Below, in pieces: positions 11,495 to 24,679 of a stretch of DNA of 64,000 bases. The notes below the pieces were generated by a model that was given only the letters and a program-made list of their open reading frames with translations, did no database searches and was not told where the DNA came from. Each line of letters opens with the position of its first letter. The stretch's first letter is position 1. The position numbers were made by a program, and so were the translations under genes. The DNA comes from Podarcis tiliguerta (taxonomy: Eukaryota). The stretch lies in NCBI GenBank assembly GCA_965153285.1, contig OZ229111.1; one strand, 5' to 3'.

Positions 11495-13189
11495 TATTGG
11501 ACTAGGTATATTTTACTATATTGTCCTAGTGTTCCTATATTCTGCCTCAGAACTGTTTCTAGTATTAAGGCTTCTAGTACTACTACTCTTTTGGAGACAC
11601 TGCTGTGATCTTAACTTTGCTGCCTTAAACCCCTTTGGAGAAAAGTGTGGTGTATAATTCTAACAAATAATGAGTAAATAAATCCTCCAATTCAATAGCA
11701 CAGCAGGTTTGGGAAATGTGAATATACATACTCTGAAGAATGTGCTCTCCCCTAAGTGTGTCTGTGTCCTCTTCTACCCCTCCCATTCAGCTTTGTGTCA
11801 AACCTCTCTATGTGTGTGCCCATGATTGGCTTTTGTGGTTAGTTGTGCTTGCGTCTCACATCACAGACCTCCTTTGGGCAAGTCAGCACCTAGTCCCAGT
11901 ATTTCCCATCTGTAAAACAGGTAAGCATTACCTATACACTCTGTCATCAAATGTTGGCAGCATTCTGTTACATATGTGTTGACTATGGCTTCACTCACTT
12001 TCTTGACTGTTTAATACTCTGTAATGTATTTATTTGTCCTGTGGACTAATCTCAGCTTCAATGTGTGAACATTTTTAGAAAACCTTAAATTCTTATTCTT
12101 TATTAATGTGATGCAAATATGCTTCTCTTTGTATATCTCGACCTGCACTCTACAACTGGATTAACTAAATAACTTGAAGTTCTTCCTTTGTGTTTGCAAC
12201 ATGGTTGTAGATTGGATTGCATTAGGTAATGTGTGATGGCCAGATATCAGATGTGGATGGCACCACTTGGCGACAGGGGACTTGAAAGAACATGATATAG
12301 ATGGATAGACTGCTATGCTCCACCCCTGACCTATCAGACTCCATCCTCAACAAACCATTCTGTGTCTAGGTTCAGTAACTGAACCTCAGAGTTCTGGTAA
12401 AAGGGGGCGGGGACCATGAATGACAAAAGTTTGAAGTCTGCCCTCCCTGATCTACTGCAGAATTTGCTAGTTTCCCCCCAGTTATATGCAATTTGTCCAT
12501 ATGGTAAGAATATGAAGAGGGCAATGTAACTGTGTAGCACACATCTGAGGCAAATTTCATGTCATTCCTCTTCCCTGTCCATAGTACTGCCAAAATCAAA
12601 CTCCACATATTATAACTCTTGTTCCCAAAATAGAACAGTAACATATTCTGAACAAACAGTGTCTGAGCTGCAGCCACAATGCATGTCTCTGCCAAGAATG
12701 ATAGCATCTGCCAAATACCTTGAGATTAAAAAAAGAAAAAAGTACTTAATAAACATTCATTCACTGAAGGGGAAAATACCATAAAATTGCAGTACTACTC
12801 CTGCAAGATCAGGGAACCCTGACATAGAAGTTATACTTTCAGTGAGTTAAAAATAGGTTGTTCATCAGGAAATAATCTCTCAGCTTCTGCTCTGCCAGAA
12901 TGTTCAATGGGGAGGAAATTATGTGAATTGCAAGGAAAACAGGTGTTACTGGTAAATAAAGAATGCTGACTCCCCTCTTTATGCATAATTCACAAAAAAG
13001 CACATTTTAGGTTAGCAAATCAGGTGAGCACCTACCAAAGGACTAAGCTCTGTCATATACCTGGGCAGGCTGGGCACCAAGCAGGAAGAGTTAGGAGGTA
13101 CAAGAGGAGAACTGGATGCACCATCTTTTTTTTAAAAAAAAAACTGTTTATTCAAACAAATAGAGTCATAAATGGGTCATAAATATAAT

Positions 13190-15200
13190 GTCAGTAGATG
13201 GCTTCTGGGCTGTTTGCTTAATGCAATTCTTTGGGAAATACATTCAACCATGGTTTACAGCAGGCTCCACACTTTTCTTTAAACACTTCAATGAAAATAG
13301 TGTTTATCTAGTATAATTAGGGTTCTTCAAGTAGTCCTTTGTGCAAACCCATAATATTTGGCGAAATGATATTATGGCCTTGTACATTTTTTGTTTTATT
13401 GCATTTTATTGTACACCATTTCAGAAAATTTGGGCCGCAAAGTGGTTTATAAATATGCAAATACATCAATAAATGGTTCTGCTCCTTCAATTCCTTCTGC
13501 ATAGCTACAAAAGTAAGAGACAACAGAGGAGGAGAATGGGGTGCCTGGATGACCACTTGAAGGGCACCTATGAACAGGTATGTCAATTGTTTTTCTTCTT
13601 TCTGGGCTACATGAACTCCTACAATTGACTGACTAGTAAGCCAACTAGAGCTAGACACTTCATTCATGGAAGATCTCACAAGAAGTATCAGCACAGGAAT
13701 TAAGATCCAGAGCACAGTGCCTGATAAGTAGGTAGGACAGTACATGTGGCAGTTCTGCAAAGTTCAAAGAAGGATGTTTTATTAAAGTGTGCTGAGGAGG
13801 TAGCTGTTCTATGGAATGAGTTGACAACTGGGTTGTTTGGCTAACTGGTAGCCCAGATCCCTAGAAGACACTACCCAACAAAATAGTCTTTTGAGATGAC
13901 ACCTAATTACCTTTATGAGAGCCATTACATACAAAAGTGTTATTCTTCCAAACTTTGTTGTCCTAAAAATATTACAAGGCTAGCAGGTGTGTAGTGTGCA
14001 TTTGTTGTTGCTGTTTTTCCGTTCTGGGTGGAGAGCTGGAAAGTTTATGTCCTGACTGAGAATAAAGAGGGACGCAACCTTTGGAAGGAAGGATACCTCC
14101 ATAGTCGGAAGTGGTGTGCTTCCAAATACCAGTTGCTGGAAACCACAGAAGGGTTGCTGTTTTACCCAGATGCTGCTTGTGGGCTTTCTATAGGCACCAG
14201 GCTGGCCGCTGTGAGAACAGGATGTTGGACTAGATGGGTCACTGGCCTCATCCAGAAGCTCTCTTAAGTTCTTATGGTACACTAGAAAACCACATTTATT
14301 CTGGTACATCTGCTGGAAAGGTGAATCATAGCATAAAACAGACAAGAAAGACTATCATGAAAGGGAGATAGCAGAGATCACAGGTGGCTATAGATTCACA
14401 GTGATTTCTCACTTGTTGCTTGAGAACTAACACCAGTATCCAGGGCAGAGTGGGTGACAGGAGGGTAGCTGTGTCCAGAAAAAAACATGTAAGACAGAAA
14501 GTTTGAAAATGTTTAATAATCAACTACTGAGGGTTGTATTAAGAGACAACAGTTACATGAGAAGAAATGGACAGGCTGTGGGAACAAAGGTGAAGGCATA
14601 TGTCAATACATTTGATACAGAAGGGAATTTTGCATCCATAACATGAGAAGCAGTCATGGCATAGAATGAAGAATGAGAGTTAGCAACAACATCTAATTGG
14701 AAGTCTGCCATGGCAAGCAGTTATCTATGTAAAAAGCACCCAGATATCTCTTTTCACTTAAAGAGTGTGGGCACTACTATAGTACATTTCTGGATGCCAT
14801 GGAGTATTCAGGGAGAAGAACCCAGTAGAGATAACAGTGGTCTCTAACTGCAAAACAGAAACTTAGAGACAATGGGTGTCTTTAACAGATAGTTATGCGG
14901 GAAATAAGATCAATTTGCACGGATGATGAAATGTTAAGAAAAGTCAGAATATTAGCAAGAGAAATAATTAAAAGCTTCTTTTGACTATTCATATTATTTG
15001 TATCCTGGTCTGGTGACAGAGTACAGGCATTCATTTAGGATAACATTTTCTTTGGGAGGCTGAAGTACTGAAACAGGAACAATATTCTATGAGGATGGAA
15101 TTGGATCTATATGTTCTATGATAAGCAAAGAGTATATTGCTTGGGATAACGTAGAAATAAGATGGACACTTGAATAATTGAGGAGGAAGGGTATGGTATG
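13190..15200 (+). mobile_element. Heavily decayed, internally deleted endogenous retrovirus (RT-IN-env remnants)
   Basis: Colinear degenerate motifs: DGFWAV 13197, (Q)GSSSSP 13318, YINK (~YIDD) 13462, FLGYMN 13599, integrase FVVAVFPFWVES 14001 and SAGKVNHSIK 14309, env LQNR 14848, hydrophobic KLLLTIHIICILVW 14972, purine tract ~15180. Confidence 0.55.
14106..14275 (+). mobile_element. CR1 LINE 3' UTR fragment inserted in the ERV remnant
   Basis: caggatgttggactagatgggtcactggcctcatccagaagctctcttaagttcttatg, a typical squamate CR1 tail. Confidence 0.7.
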
Positions 15201-16062
15201 GTACTGTATTACATTAGAGTATGTAACTTAAGATTTTGAGAACCCATACCAAAGAAACATGAGCGTATGTCACCAAAATGAATGGACAGTTTCAGGAAAA
15301 GCCAAAGGGAGGCAAAGATCTTCATCTGGAAGTCCCTATATTCTTGGAAGTGGAGTTAGGTGATATATCTTTGTTTTGTTTTAACAATTCAGAAAGGAGA
15401 GTAAGTTATGAGATGACACCTGAGAATAATGCAAAATAGAGTAGGAGTTTACTCCCTGGTAATTTTGAGGTGCCCTTTCTGCACCTTTCCCAGGTCTACA
15501 ATATTCATTTTGAGGTGCAGTGATCAGAATTATACAAAGTATTCAAAGTGTAGTTACATCATAGATTTGTATTGCAGTGGAATATAGGCACAGGTCCTAG
15601 TGGAAAGCCATAACCTTTGAACTACAGTCCACTACATAACATACTACTGTGTTGACTTTTTTTTTCTTGGAGAAAGGCTTCAGCATAAAATAATGTTGCC
15701 AGTTACTGTCCTCTGGGAAGGTGTAAAAAGCGGAAATACATTTTCTCACAAGAAATATTGAGATCGTGCCATACACACTTGATAATTGGCAATATACAGG
15801 GAGAGCAGCATAGTAAAAATTGCTCCCCAACATGTCCAATTTCCTGCTGCCTTTATCAGTCAGTGCAGAATGCTGTCCCCCCCCCCCAAACTACAATGGG
15901 GAAATTTGGAGCTGAATGGTTTTTCAAAAACACACCCATTTGTGCATTTTGTGTCTGTGCATTTTGTCCCCGCACGCATGAGAGAGAGGAAGTAGGTGGG
16001 TGCAGGGAGGAAGAAGTAGGTAGTGGCTTTATTCCAAGAGTCCTTTGGTACTTGTAAGAGTG

Positions 16063-16637
16063 CAGGGCACTGGCACCAACTATAGGGAGCCCTGTAGTTT
16101 TGTGGGTGCTTGGTAACCATGCCATGGGGCTCTGACGCGATGTCCGAGGAAGGCCCTGCAAAGCCTCCGATGCAACTTCCAGTAGAAACCGGAAGTTGCA
16201 TTGGAGGTCTCATGAGGCCTCAGATGTGACCTCCCAGGCCCCGTTGAGGCAATTGGGCACCCATAATCAGTGGTGTAGCTAGCCGCTTAGGTCCTGGGGG
16301 AGGGGAAAGCCACCCATGGGGGTGGGACAAGCAGGCCACAGGGTGGGGTGTGGCATGGCAGGACGCAGGGCCTCCCTGGAGTCTGCCCACTGCCTCCCCC
16401 TCAGCTATAGGGCGGCGGGGAGGCAGAAGACAGATGCAAGCCTCATGCTGCCATTTGGGCAGCCTAGAGCCTGCAGGTGCCCGAGCCACCACGTCACTTC
16501 CAAGAGAGACACATAGTTCAGGCATGGTGCAGGCCCCATGGTAAGTGCCACCCCCACAGTGTGGCTCCCAGTGCGTCCTAACCTCACCCCCCAGCTACAC
16601 CTCTGCCCATAATCTGGGACCCAAGGCAGTGCCCCTG
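16063..16637. mobile_element. GC-rich hAT-like MITE hosting a nested MITE
   Basis: Imperfect TIR cagggcactg ... cagtgcccctg; no clear TSD. Confidence 0.5.
16268..16605. mobile_element. hAT MITE with 8-bp TSD
   Basis: TIR cagtggtgtagct ... agctacacctctg; TSD cccataat at 16260-16267 and 16606-16613. Confidence 0.85.
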
Positions 16638-18249
16638 TTTAGGAGAGACAAACTGGTTCATTTGTAAGAAGTGGTGCTTGCTGCAATTTTTATTTCAACT
16701 TGCAAAGAACTTACTCTGATTATAGTTGGGGATCTTGCATGTGGATGGAAGAGATTTTGAGAGTGCATAGGGAAAGAAGAAGAAGGGAAAGTTCTATTGC
16801 ACAAGTCGAACTCTGCATTCACAGCATTGGATACAACCCTAAAGTTCTAGAGAATTCTCAGGGTGTACAGCATGGGAGCAAACCCCAGTTTAGAACTGCA
16901 CAGGGACCATATAAAGAAAAAGCACAGCAATATATATCGGAGACTAAAGCCATAAGAAAGGGTAAGGAGGACATTTTATCTCATGACCTGTAAGGCCAGT
17001 AATGTTACTCAAAAAATACACAAAAATAAAACTGGAATCTCTTCAGCTTCATGCTAGGCTTCAAACTATCCAAATCTAGTTTTGATGTTTCCCAAAATAG
17101 AGTCCTTGGGTTGCATGTGCTGGCTGAGGTTGATGGGTGTTGTAGTACGAAACACTTGAAGGGTAACAGGTTGGGAAAGGATGTCCTTTCAGTTATTGGA
17201 ATTTATTCTTTTTGAAGAAAAACTATTTCCCCAGTATATTTTTATTTCCTGGTTGTGTGTTTTGCTGTTTAATTACCATGAAGACTGAAGATCCCAGAAA
17301 CAGTAGCTTTAGTCAATAGAATAACTAAGGAAACATTAATGTTGCTGTATTTTTACTAAGAAGGTCATGTGCAGGTTTTCTGTTCTCACAATTCTACAAT
17401 GATGTCTACGAAAATTGGGGGTTATTGTCCTAGATCTAAACACTTCAATAGATTGGAGATTAATACACAGATACCAACCAAAGTGCTCAGCCCCTCCTGG
17501 CAGACATCCAGAAGACCTCTCAAGTGCAGGGACTTTTTTTTTATACCAGCTTGTGATGTATGCACATTCCTGTACAGAATAAATTTGAGGCTTCCAAATT
17601 TAATTGCTAAGTAAGTGAACCAGAGATACATGATGTTAGAATAAAAGCATCTTTTAACTCATTTAATTTGATACACAAAGCTGTAGTGAAACCAGACATA
17701 AGACAGTGCAGTGTAAAGAAAAAATAGAGCATGCCTTTAAAGTTAAAAGCCATAATAAAGTTTAACTATGGTTTCAGGCTCCACCACTCTGATCCAACAA
17801 TCTTAAGACAACTCCATCATTCAGAAATCCCCAGCAGCTTCATCCCTTTGTTTTGCATTGAGGGTGACAGTAAAGACATTCATGTTTCCTTTTAGCCAAG
17901 CATTTTTATACTGCTCTGTCACTTTCAATCATGTCTGAACAGCCACACTTGACAGACTTGGCCATTCTGGTAGACATGTCCATTTTAAGGAGGGATCTGC
18001 TCTGTCTGGACACAGTTGAGGTGTGCCCCAAACATACACAAAGGGCATGGGGCAAGCAGACAGGCAGTCTAGTCACCAAAGGCTCAAGCACTTGGTTTGC
18101 TATGGATCACCATGCAACTGCAACATGTGCTCTCTAGAAGAATCATAGCAATGGATTTCAATAACAGCCCCACTGTGTCTCCTTCCCATCACTGTGTAGC
18201 TTGGATTCCCCAATTCTTCAGATTCCTTGAATGGAGTGCATTCTAGAGT

Positions 18250-19250
18250 TGTAGAATTTGATTCTTTGATGTGTTGGGGACCTCCTCCTCTCAGGTCTCA
18301 TACAACCCACAGGTACTGCACTGGTGATCCAGGTGCCATAGTAAGATCTAGGTATGAGAACTCTCATATGACATATGCCATTCTCATCATGCTGCTTATT
18401 TCTCCATCTGTCCCATTCTCATAGTTCTCTCCTTGAGAAGTTGAGGATCTCAGATTGGTCCCCTGTTGCTCTTATTTTGAAGCTCCACTAAACTCTGCTT
18501 CCAGCATCAGGAATTCTTGATCTGATCCAGAAGAATTCTTTTTATGAACACTTTTCCTTTGTATTTAAATGATATTGAAGATGCCAAATGAGCAACCATA
18601 GAAAATGATGAGTTCTTTTGAAGGATTCCTACTGAAAAATACACATTTTCACAGAATCCAAATGACTCATCAGCTGATTGACACATCAGACGTTCAGAGC
18701 CTCCATTTAAAGAAAATTCCACTGAACTAAGCGAGGTAAAATCAAAATATTGTGGCTTGACAGGGCTATGGATGGGGCTATCAGTGACTTGGATCGGTTC
18801 CTGGAAGTCATTAATCTATACCACTAAACAAGGAGCACTGGCACTTGGGAGTCTTACAAGCTGAGGAATAAATATATGGAAAATAAATTCAACTTATCAC
18901 ATGGAAATTCAACTATCAAATGCAAGTGCCATGCGTAACAGGTCCGGGGAGTCTCTTGGGCAGCACAACGTGGTTACTCTCAATTACTTTCAACAGGGCA
19001 TATTTGACCAGCACTGGATTTGCCCATGCACATCATCTTATAGAGTCAGTATGCTCCAAAGGATAGTAGGGTTCAAAAACCTCATCAGACAGGTATTCAC
19101 TGTTCAGCAGGCTCTCTCATACAAAATGGAATTGTGACCTATTTGAGAGCATAGGCAAAAACATTACTAGCCTTCAAAGGCTTCCTCAGACAATTCGATC
19201 TTCAGCTGGATTAAAAAAATTCTAAGAGTCAGCACCAGTTGTATCTAAAA
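18250..19250 (+). mobile_element. Decayed DIRS-like (tyrosine-recombinase retrotransposon) RT/RNase H remnant
   Basis: FPLYLNDI 18553 (~FPYLDD), HNVVTLNYFQQG 18964 (~DNxTAVxYINxQG), IVGFKN 19063 (~HIxGxxN), in the expected order. Confidence 0.4.
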
Positions 19251-20884
19251 ACGGCAGACATTCCATAATCAGACCCTCATCACAAAGACAACATACATAA
19301 CATTGCGGGACATAAATATATATAACATTGGTGTCTCTTTCTGGAAGTGGTTTGAGACTACCATTCTGCACTGATGAACATGGGGATAAGGAAAGTGATT
19401 AGGTTATGAAAACTTACCATTACATCTTTCTATAGCCATCTGTTTGATGTTGCAGAACAAATAAAGAATGCAATATCATAAATACTAAAAAATTTAAAAT
19501 GTTTATATACACAAGAAAGGATAGAAAAAAGAATTGCTAATCCTCCCCTTACCACAAGAAGCCCACCCCCTTCCTTTTTAAAAAGAGTAAAATGTTCCTA
19601 TCCTGGGGTGGCAGAGAAGTTTTCCATTAATGAGATTCGATTCCCTGAAGCTAAAAATACCTTCCCAATAAATTGTAATGGGGCATCTTTCTGTTCCTTG
19701 CAACTACTTTACAGTGCTATAGGACAACTCTGGAACAAAAATTCGCATTATTGCTCCCTTTTGCAAGATGTGGGTTGCAAGTCATGTAATAATTAAGTTA
19801 AGTGACTCAGACCATAAGCTACAAGGTCAGAAAGCCTTCCCGCCGCCGTGCTTCCCGCCGCCCCCCCCCCCCCCGGAAAAAGCACAAGTTAAAAAGTGAA
19901 GCAAAACAAAGCTCTGAACATTGTCCCCAACCCCAAAGGAGAAGAGCCGGAGGAGAGGGTTTGCCCAACTCCAGAGGACTCCTGCTGTGGCAAGAGTACT
20001 TAATCCATAATTCTTCCCTTCAGTGTTCTGGCCTTCTTTCCCCAGCCAGGCTCTGAGCTCTATCAAATATTCATCTCCTCTCTCCTTAAATAATAGATCA
20101 ATGTAATAACAGGCAAAGCACAGTTAATCACAGCTTTTCAAACCCCACACAAAAGCCACCAGGCGATGGGTAGGGACAGGCACAGCAGTGCGGAGGGGGC
20201 AGGGACCCAAAGCATCAGCAGCCTACAATGACAGCACACACAAGTGGGAAAGCAACTCCATGCCTAGCCCCTAGGCCATCCCCCGCAAAAGATGCAGCTG
20301 CAGGCCTCCTTCGAGGAGAACTTGTCATGACGTAGCCAGAGCCAACAAGCAGGTCTTTCTGGCAACAAGTGCTGGACAGAGAAGCATATGCTCAGTGGAA
20401 AGAGAATGCAAAAGTGAGGCAAGGCGCATAGGAGAAGTGTTCATGTTTACACAGAGGTTTAGCATGCTAGCTTCCCCAAACCAAGGACTAGAATTTAAAA
20501 TCTATTATGTAGCTAAAGCAAGCAAGCATGGATAGCTTCAGTTTAGGTTTACTGCCCATCACAAAGTCACTGTACAGTCTAGAGCACTGTCACGCTCAGA
20601 TTCTGAAAAGTACAAGAAATGATTACAGGAGGTATTTGCAAAAAGGAGTTGGTGTCGACTGACCAGCTGAGCTTCATGAGAATTGAGGACAATGGAAGAG
20701 GGAGGTGCATTGTTCAAAATGTGCTATACCAGTGTAGGAAAACTTCATTACTGTCTTTCTGCTACAAAAGATTCCCTCTAGATCTGTTGTGTTGGGAGTG
20801 AGCCCTCAAGAGATGTAGGGATTGCTGCCTTCTTTGTTTTAAGCAAGTACCAATAGCAGGCTGAACTGTGAAGATCATCTGCAC

Positions 20885-20940
20885 CTCTGAAACTGTATAT
20901 CCCTCTCTGAAACTATATATATCTCTCTGAAATTGTGTAT
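20885..20940. repeat. 20-bp tandem repeat x3
   Basis: ctctgaaactgtatatccct ctctgaaactatatatatct ctctgaaattgtgtat. Confidence 0.8.
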
Positions 20941-22129
20941 GCAGAAACTCTCAGAGGGACACAGTCCCTTATTGCTCCAAGAAGCGCAATTCTTTCCCTA
21001 ACAAGAGGCTACTTTTTTTTAAAAAATTGACCTTCCATTCATGGTCACACAAAAACCCAGGAGACAGCCCTGCTGAGAGCAAGGACAAAGTGAATGCTCC
21101 TAGGACCTATAGCTAGTGCTTGAGCATTGCATGACAATTAAGTGCAAAACAAAGCTAATTATGATTGACAGAAGCCCCAGAAGCATTCTCGCTCCTTTCA
21201 AACCACCCCTCCCTTTCTTGTGACCTTCATGACTAACGAGCAGCAAAAGGGATCAGTTTCAAATTGCATAGGTATCCAGTTGTCTTCAGCTTCTCCCAAT
21301 ATGCCCAGAGTACAGTATATATACACATGTATCCTGAATGCTCCAGACGAGTCTTCACAGATGCAACAGCCATGTTCTCAGTGTGCCGATATAGATGGTG
21401 TGATAAAGATCCCAATTCAGCAAAGGTCTCGGCAATCTCCCCCCAGCATCCAAGTTGTCAAGCATTATTAGTAGTCACTGCCAACAGTAGAAGTAGAAAG
21501 CACTTAGCATCTCAGAGGAATGGGCTCGAAGGAAGGAAGGATGATAGATTAGATAGCAAGACAGATGTGGTGTTTCTTTCAAGGTCACAGGATCACTGCT
21601 CGACTTCAAAAATGCAAACTATTTATTGGCACATCTACAGGTCGCTAGCTTTTGAATGACATCAGTTGCATCAGAAGTCAACAGGGAAAATGGCAGAGGC
21701 TTCTGCAGGGAAATTCATAAAATGAAATCATTAAATCAGACAGACCTGGGAATTTTTAATATAGCTGTTTGTAAAGAGCTCAGGGAACTTCAAAGGAAAG
21801 GTGTTATATTAGGGCAAAGTATTATTAAGGATGAAGATGGCCTTTGAAACAAACAAGGTGTAACGAAAACATTCTAATAAAGTCCCTATGGAAGGTTTTG
21901 TTTTTAACTGCACAGGAGAATGAGATTGGAAAGAGCAATCTCTTATACTGTTATTATTTCTAGATTGTTGTGGATGCCAAATTTTGCCCACTGAGCAGTA
22001 GCATCCTCTTAGAGAAAGGCTAAATGAAAAGACAGAATGGGAAGCAAAAGATGAAGAAAAAAATGGCTTAGAATCTTGCAAGCTGCTCAGAATCTACAGT
22101 CCCCATTTTGTTCAGTGCTCTGAAGATGG

Positions 22130-22400
22130 GAACATAAGATAACATAAAACCTAAGAAGAGTCCTGCTGTATCAGACCAAAGGTCTATCCATTCAAGCAAC
22201 CTGTTATCATGGTGGTCAACCAGATATGGTTTGAACCCTACATGCAACAGGACTTGAGTGCAGCAACACTTTCCCCAGTTGTGATTCCAAGCAACTGACA
22301 TTCAGAGGCATACTGCCTCCCGCAGTGGAGGTAGAATATAGACATCATGGTTAGTAGCCAATAGGAACCTTTTCCTCCATAAATTTGAACAATCCTCTTT
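22130..22400 (-). mobile_element. CR1 LINE 3' end
   Basis: aacataaga...agaagagtcctgctgtatcagaccaaaggtctatc...cagaggcatactgcctc...cctccataaatttg, the reverse complement of a squamate CR1 3' UTR. Confidence 0.75.
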
Positions 22401-23445
22401 TAATAAGAACATAGCGACCTGCAAGATAAGCTCAAAATTCTTCAGGATTAGGCTGGATCATTTTGTGATCAGATACCTCATGCTATCATGTCTAACTGAA
22501 CTGTTATCATGCCCAGTGCTTAAGGTATTCAGTACCACCTTGGCTGATATTTACAACCACTTGAATGATAAAATCCCTTTTTATTTCCTGAATAAGTTTC
22601 CATCCTGTAAGAAACACATCACAACATTTCTCCACTGCAACACTATGCAGTCCCAGATAAGGCTACCAGTCCTCACATAGCCAGCCACAAACAGGATGTA
22701 AGAAAAAGTCTGTTTGCTTGATTTGTGTATCTGTTCTCTGCATTCAATAGAATTAGCCATGACTTATCCCAATCCAACATAGGATGGAACCCAAGAACAA
22801 CATAACTAGATGTGCATGCCCAAGAGACATTCTCCCACTGCACATGGTTGTTGTTTTTTTGGACTGAGTGGATTTTCAAAACAACCCACCATGGGATGTC
22901 TAAAGCAAATATCTAGATCCCAGTGAGTTGCCATTTCAAAGGTGCAAAAATGCTCTTGATCATCCACTATTTCACACATTACTTGTACCTGTTTGCAGTC
23001 ATGGTTCCTCAATCTGCTGTTGCAATGTGCGGGGAATACATTCCCATTACCAGAGCAATGGAGCAATGGGATGTGCATTCATATATATATACTGAAAAGT
23101 AAATCAGTTCAGTGGATTGATTCAAGCATTCAGTTGTACACTGAAGATGTTGTTCCTCTGTGCTGTCTTATTTTCACTGGAATGAACATCTGAATGTGCA
23201 TCACAGCATGAGGAAGAATTGGTGGATGTCTTTGTGTACGTGTGCATATACACACACATACCCTTGTTAACAGTTGCATTTTCTTGTGCAAAGTGATTGC
23301 TAAAAGACGAACCTTGTGCTGTGTGCAGAGGGGGCGCTCACAAATCTCTCCTCTCCCCATTTTGAGCTAAACGTTAATCCCAATCCATATATGGATACAT
23401 TTGAGATCACAACTTGAATGATCTTCCATTCTGTGTAATTAAAAG

Positions 23446-23810
23446 GTAAAGTAAAGGTACCCCTGCCCGTACGGGCCAGTCTTGACAGACTCTAGGGTTG
23501 TGCGCTCATCTCACTTAAGAGGCCGGGAGCCAGCGCTGTCCGCAGACACTTCCGGTTCACGTGGCCAGCGTGACGAAGCTGCGTCTGGAGAGCCAGCACC
23601 AGCGCAGCACACGGAAATGCCGTTTACCTTCCCGCTATAAAGCGGTACCTATTTATGTACTTGCACTTAATGGTGCTTTTGAACTGCTAGGTGGGCAGGA
23701 GCTGGGACCAAACGACGGGAGCTCACCCCACCGCGGGGATTCGAACCGCCGACCATGCGATCGGCAAGTCCTAGGCGCTGAGGTTTTACCCACAGCGCCA
23801 CCCGCATCCC
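23446..23810 (-). mobile_element. Sauria SINE, full length, young
   Basis: The minus strand reads gggatgcgggtggcgctgtggg (A box) ... ggttcgaatcc (B box) ... ggggtacctttac tail. 16-bp TSD tctgtgtaattaaaag at 23430-23445 and 23813-23828. CpGs are retained. Confidence 0.93.
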
Positions 23811-24679
23811 TCTCTGTGTAATTAAAAGCAACCAAATCAGGTTATGGTAGCTTCCTTTCTTCCCAACATAGCCAACCACAAACAAAGGGGATAAAAATCA
23901 ATCTGAATTGAATACATTTGTGTTGGGAGCCCTAATATGTAGCAGTAGCAACACTAAATTGCTGTTGAATCTCCCAGACTATGTTTTTGAAAAAGCATTA
24001 CTTGAGATATCTTTTCTGAACCACTCACCAACATATCCTAATATATAAAAATGGGAAGAGGGAAAAAACCATCCTATTCAGTTTACAAGTGAGTCCTGGT
24101 TGCAGGCTGCTTGTGACCAGAATGAAAATTCTTCACAAAGACTTGTGGAGCCTTAATATGTAGTAGTGGGTAAAATAACAAGATGGAGAGACACATATTT
24201 TATTCTTTTTAAAATTCAAAGTCATAATGCTGAAACATGTCAGACTGACAAGTGTGAATACCAGTGCAATGTTTCTAAAATAATAGGTGCTGTTGAGCAA
24301 GCTGCCTTGAAGTCACACTCAGTAGAACGGAAGCTCATTCCCTACATTCCAGGTGTGTGGGGGACAAATTTCAAATGCTGGGACTAAGAAGGAGCGAAAC
24401 AAAGCCAAACAGACATGCCAAATGGCACTGTTGTTCTAAATTTGTGAATGGTGTACGAACAGTTATTTCTACTCCATTATTGAATAGAAGGGTGTGCGGT
24501 TTTGATCAGTGCCTTCATAAGAGACTACTGGAATCCATATGAGCTAGTCTGTTTACCAAACAGGAAAGCCAAGGTATGTATAACAAATGAGTAAAAGTAT
24601 TGATTTGCATGACTGTAGACTGAGTCTTGAAGCTATAGGTGGTATCCAGTGAAGTAGTTATGGCGTATGGGATGATAGG

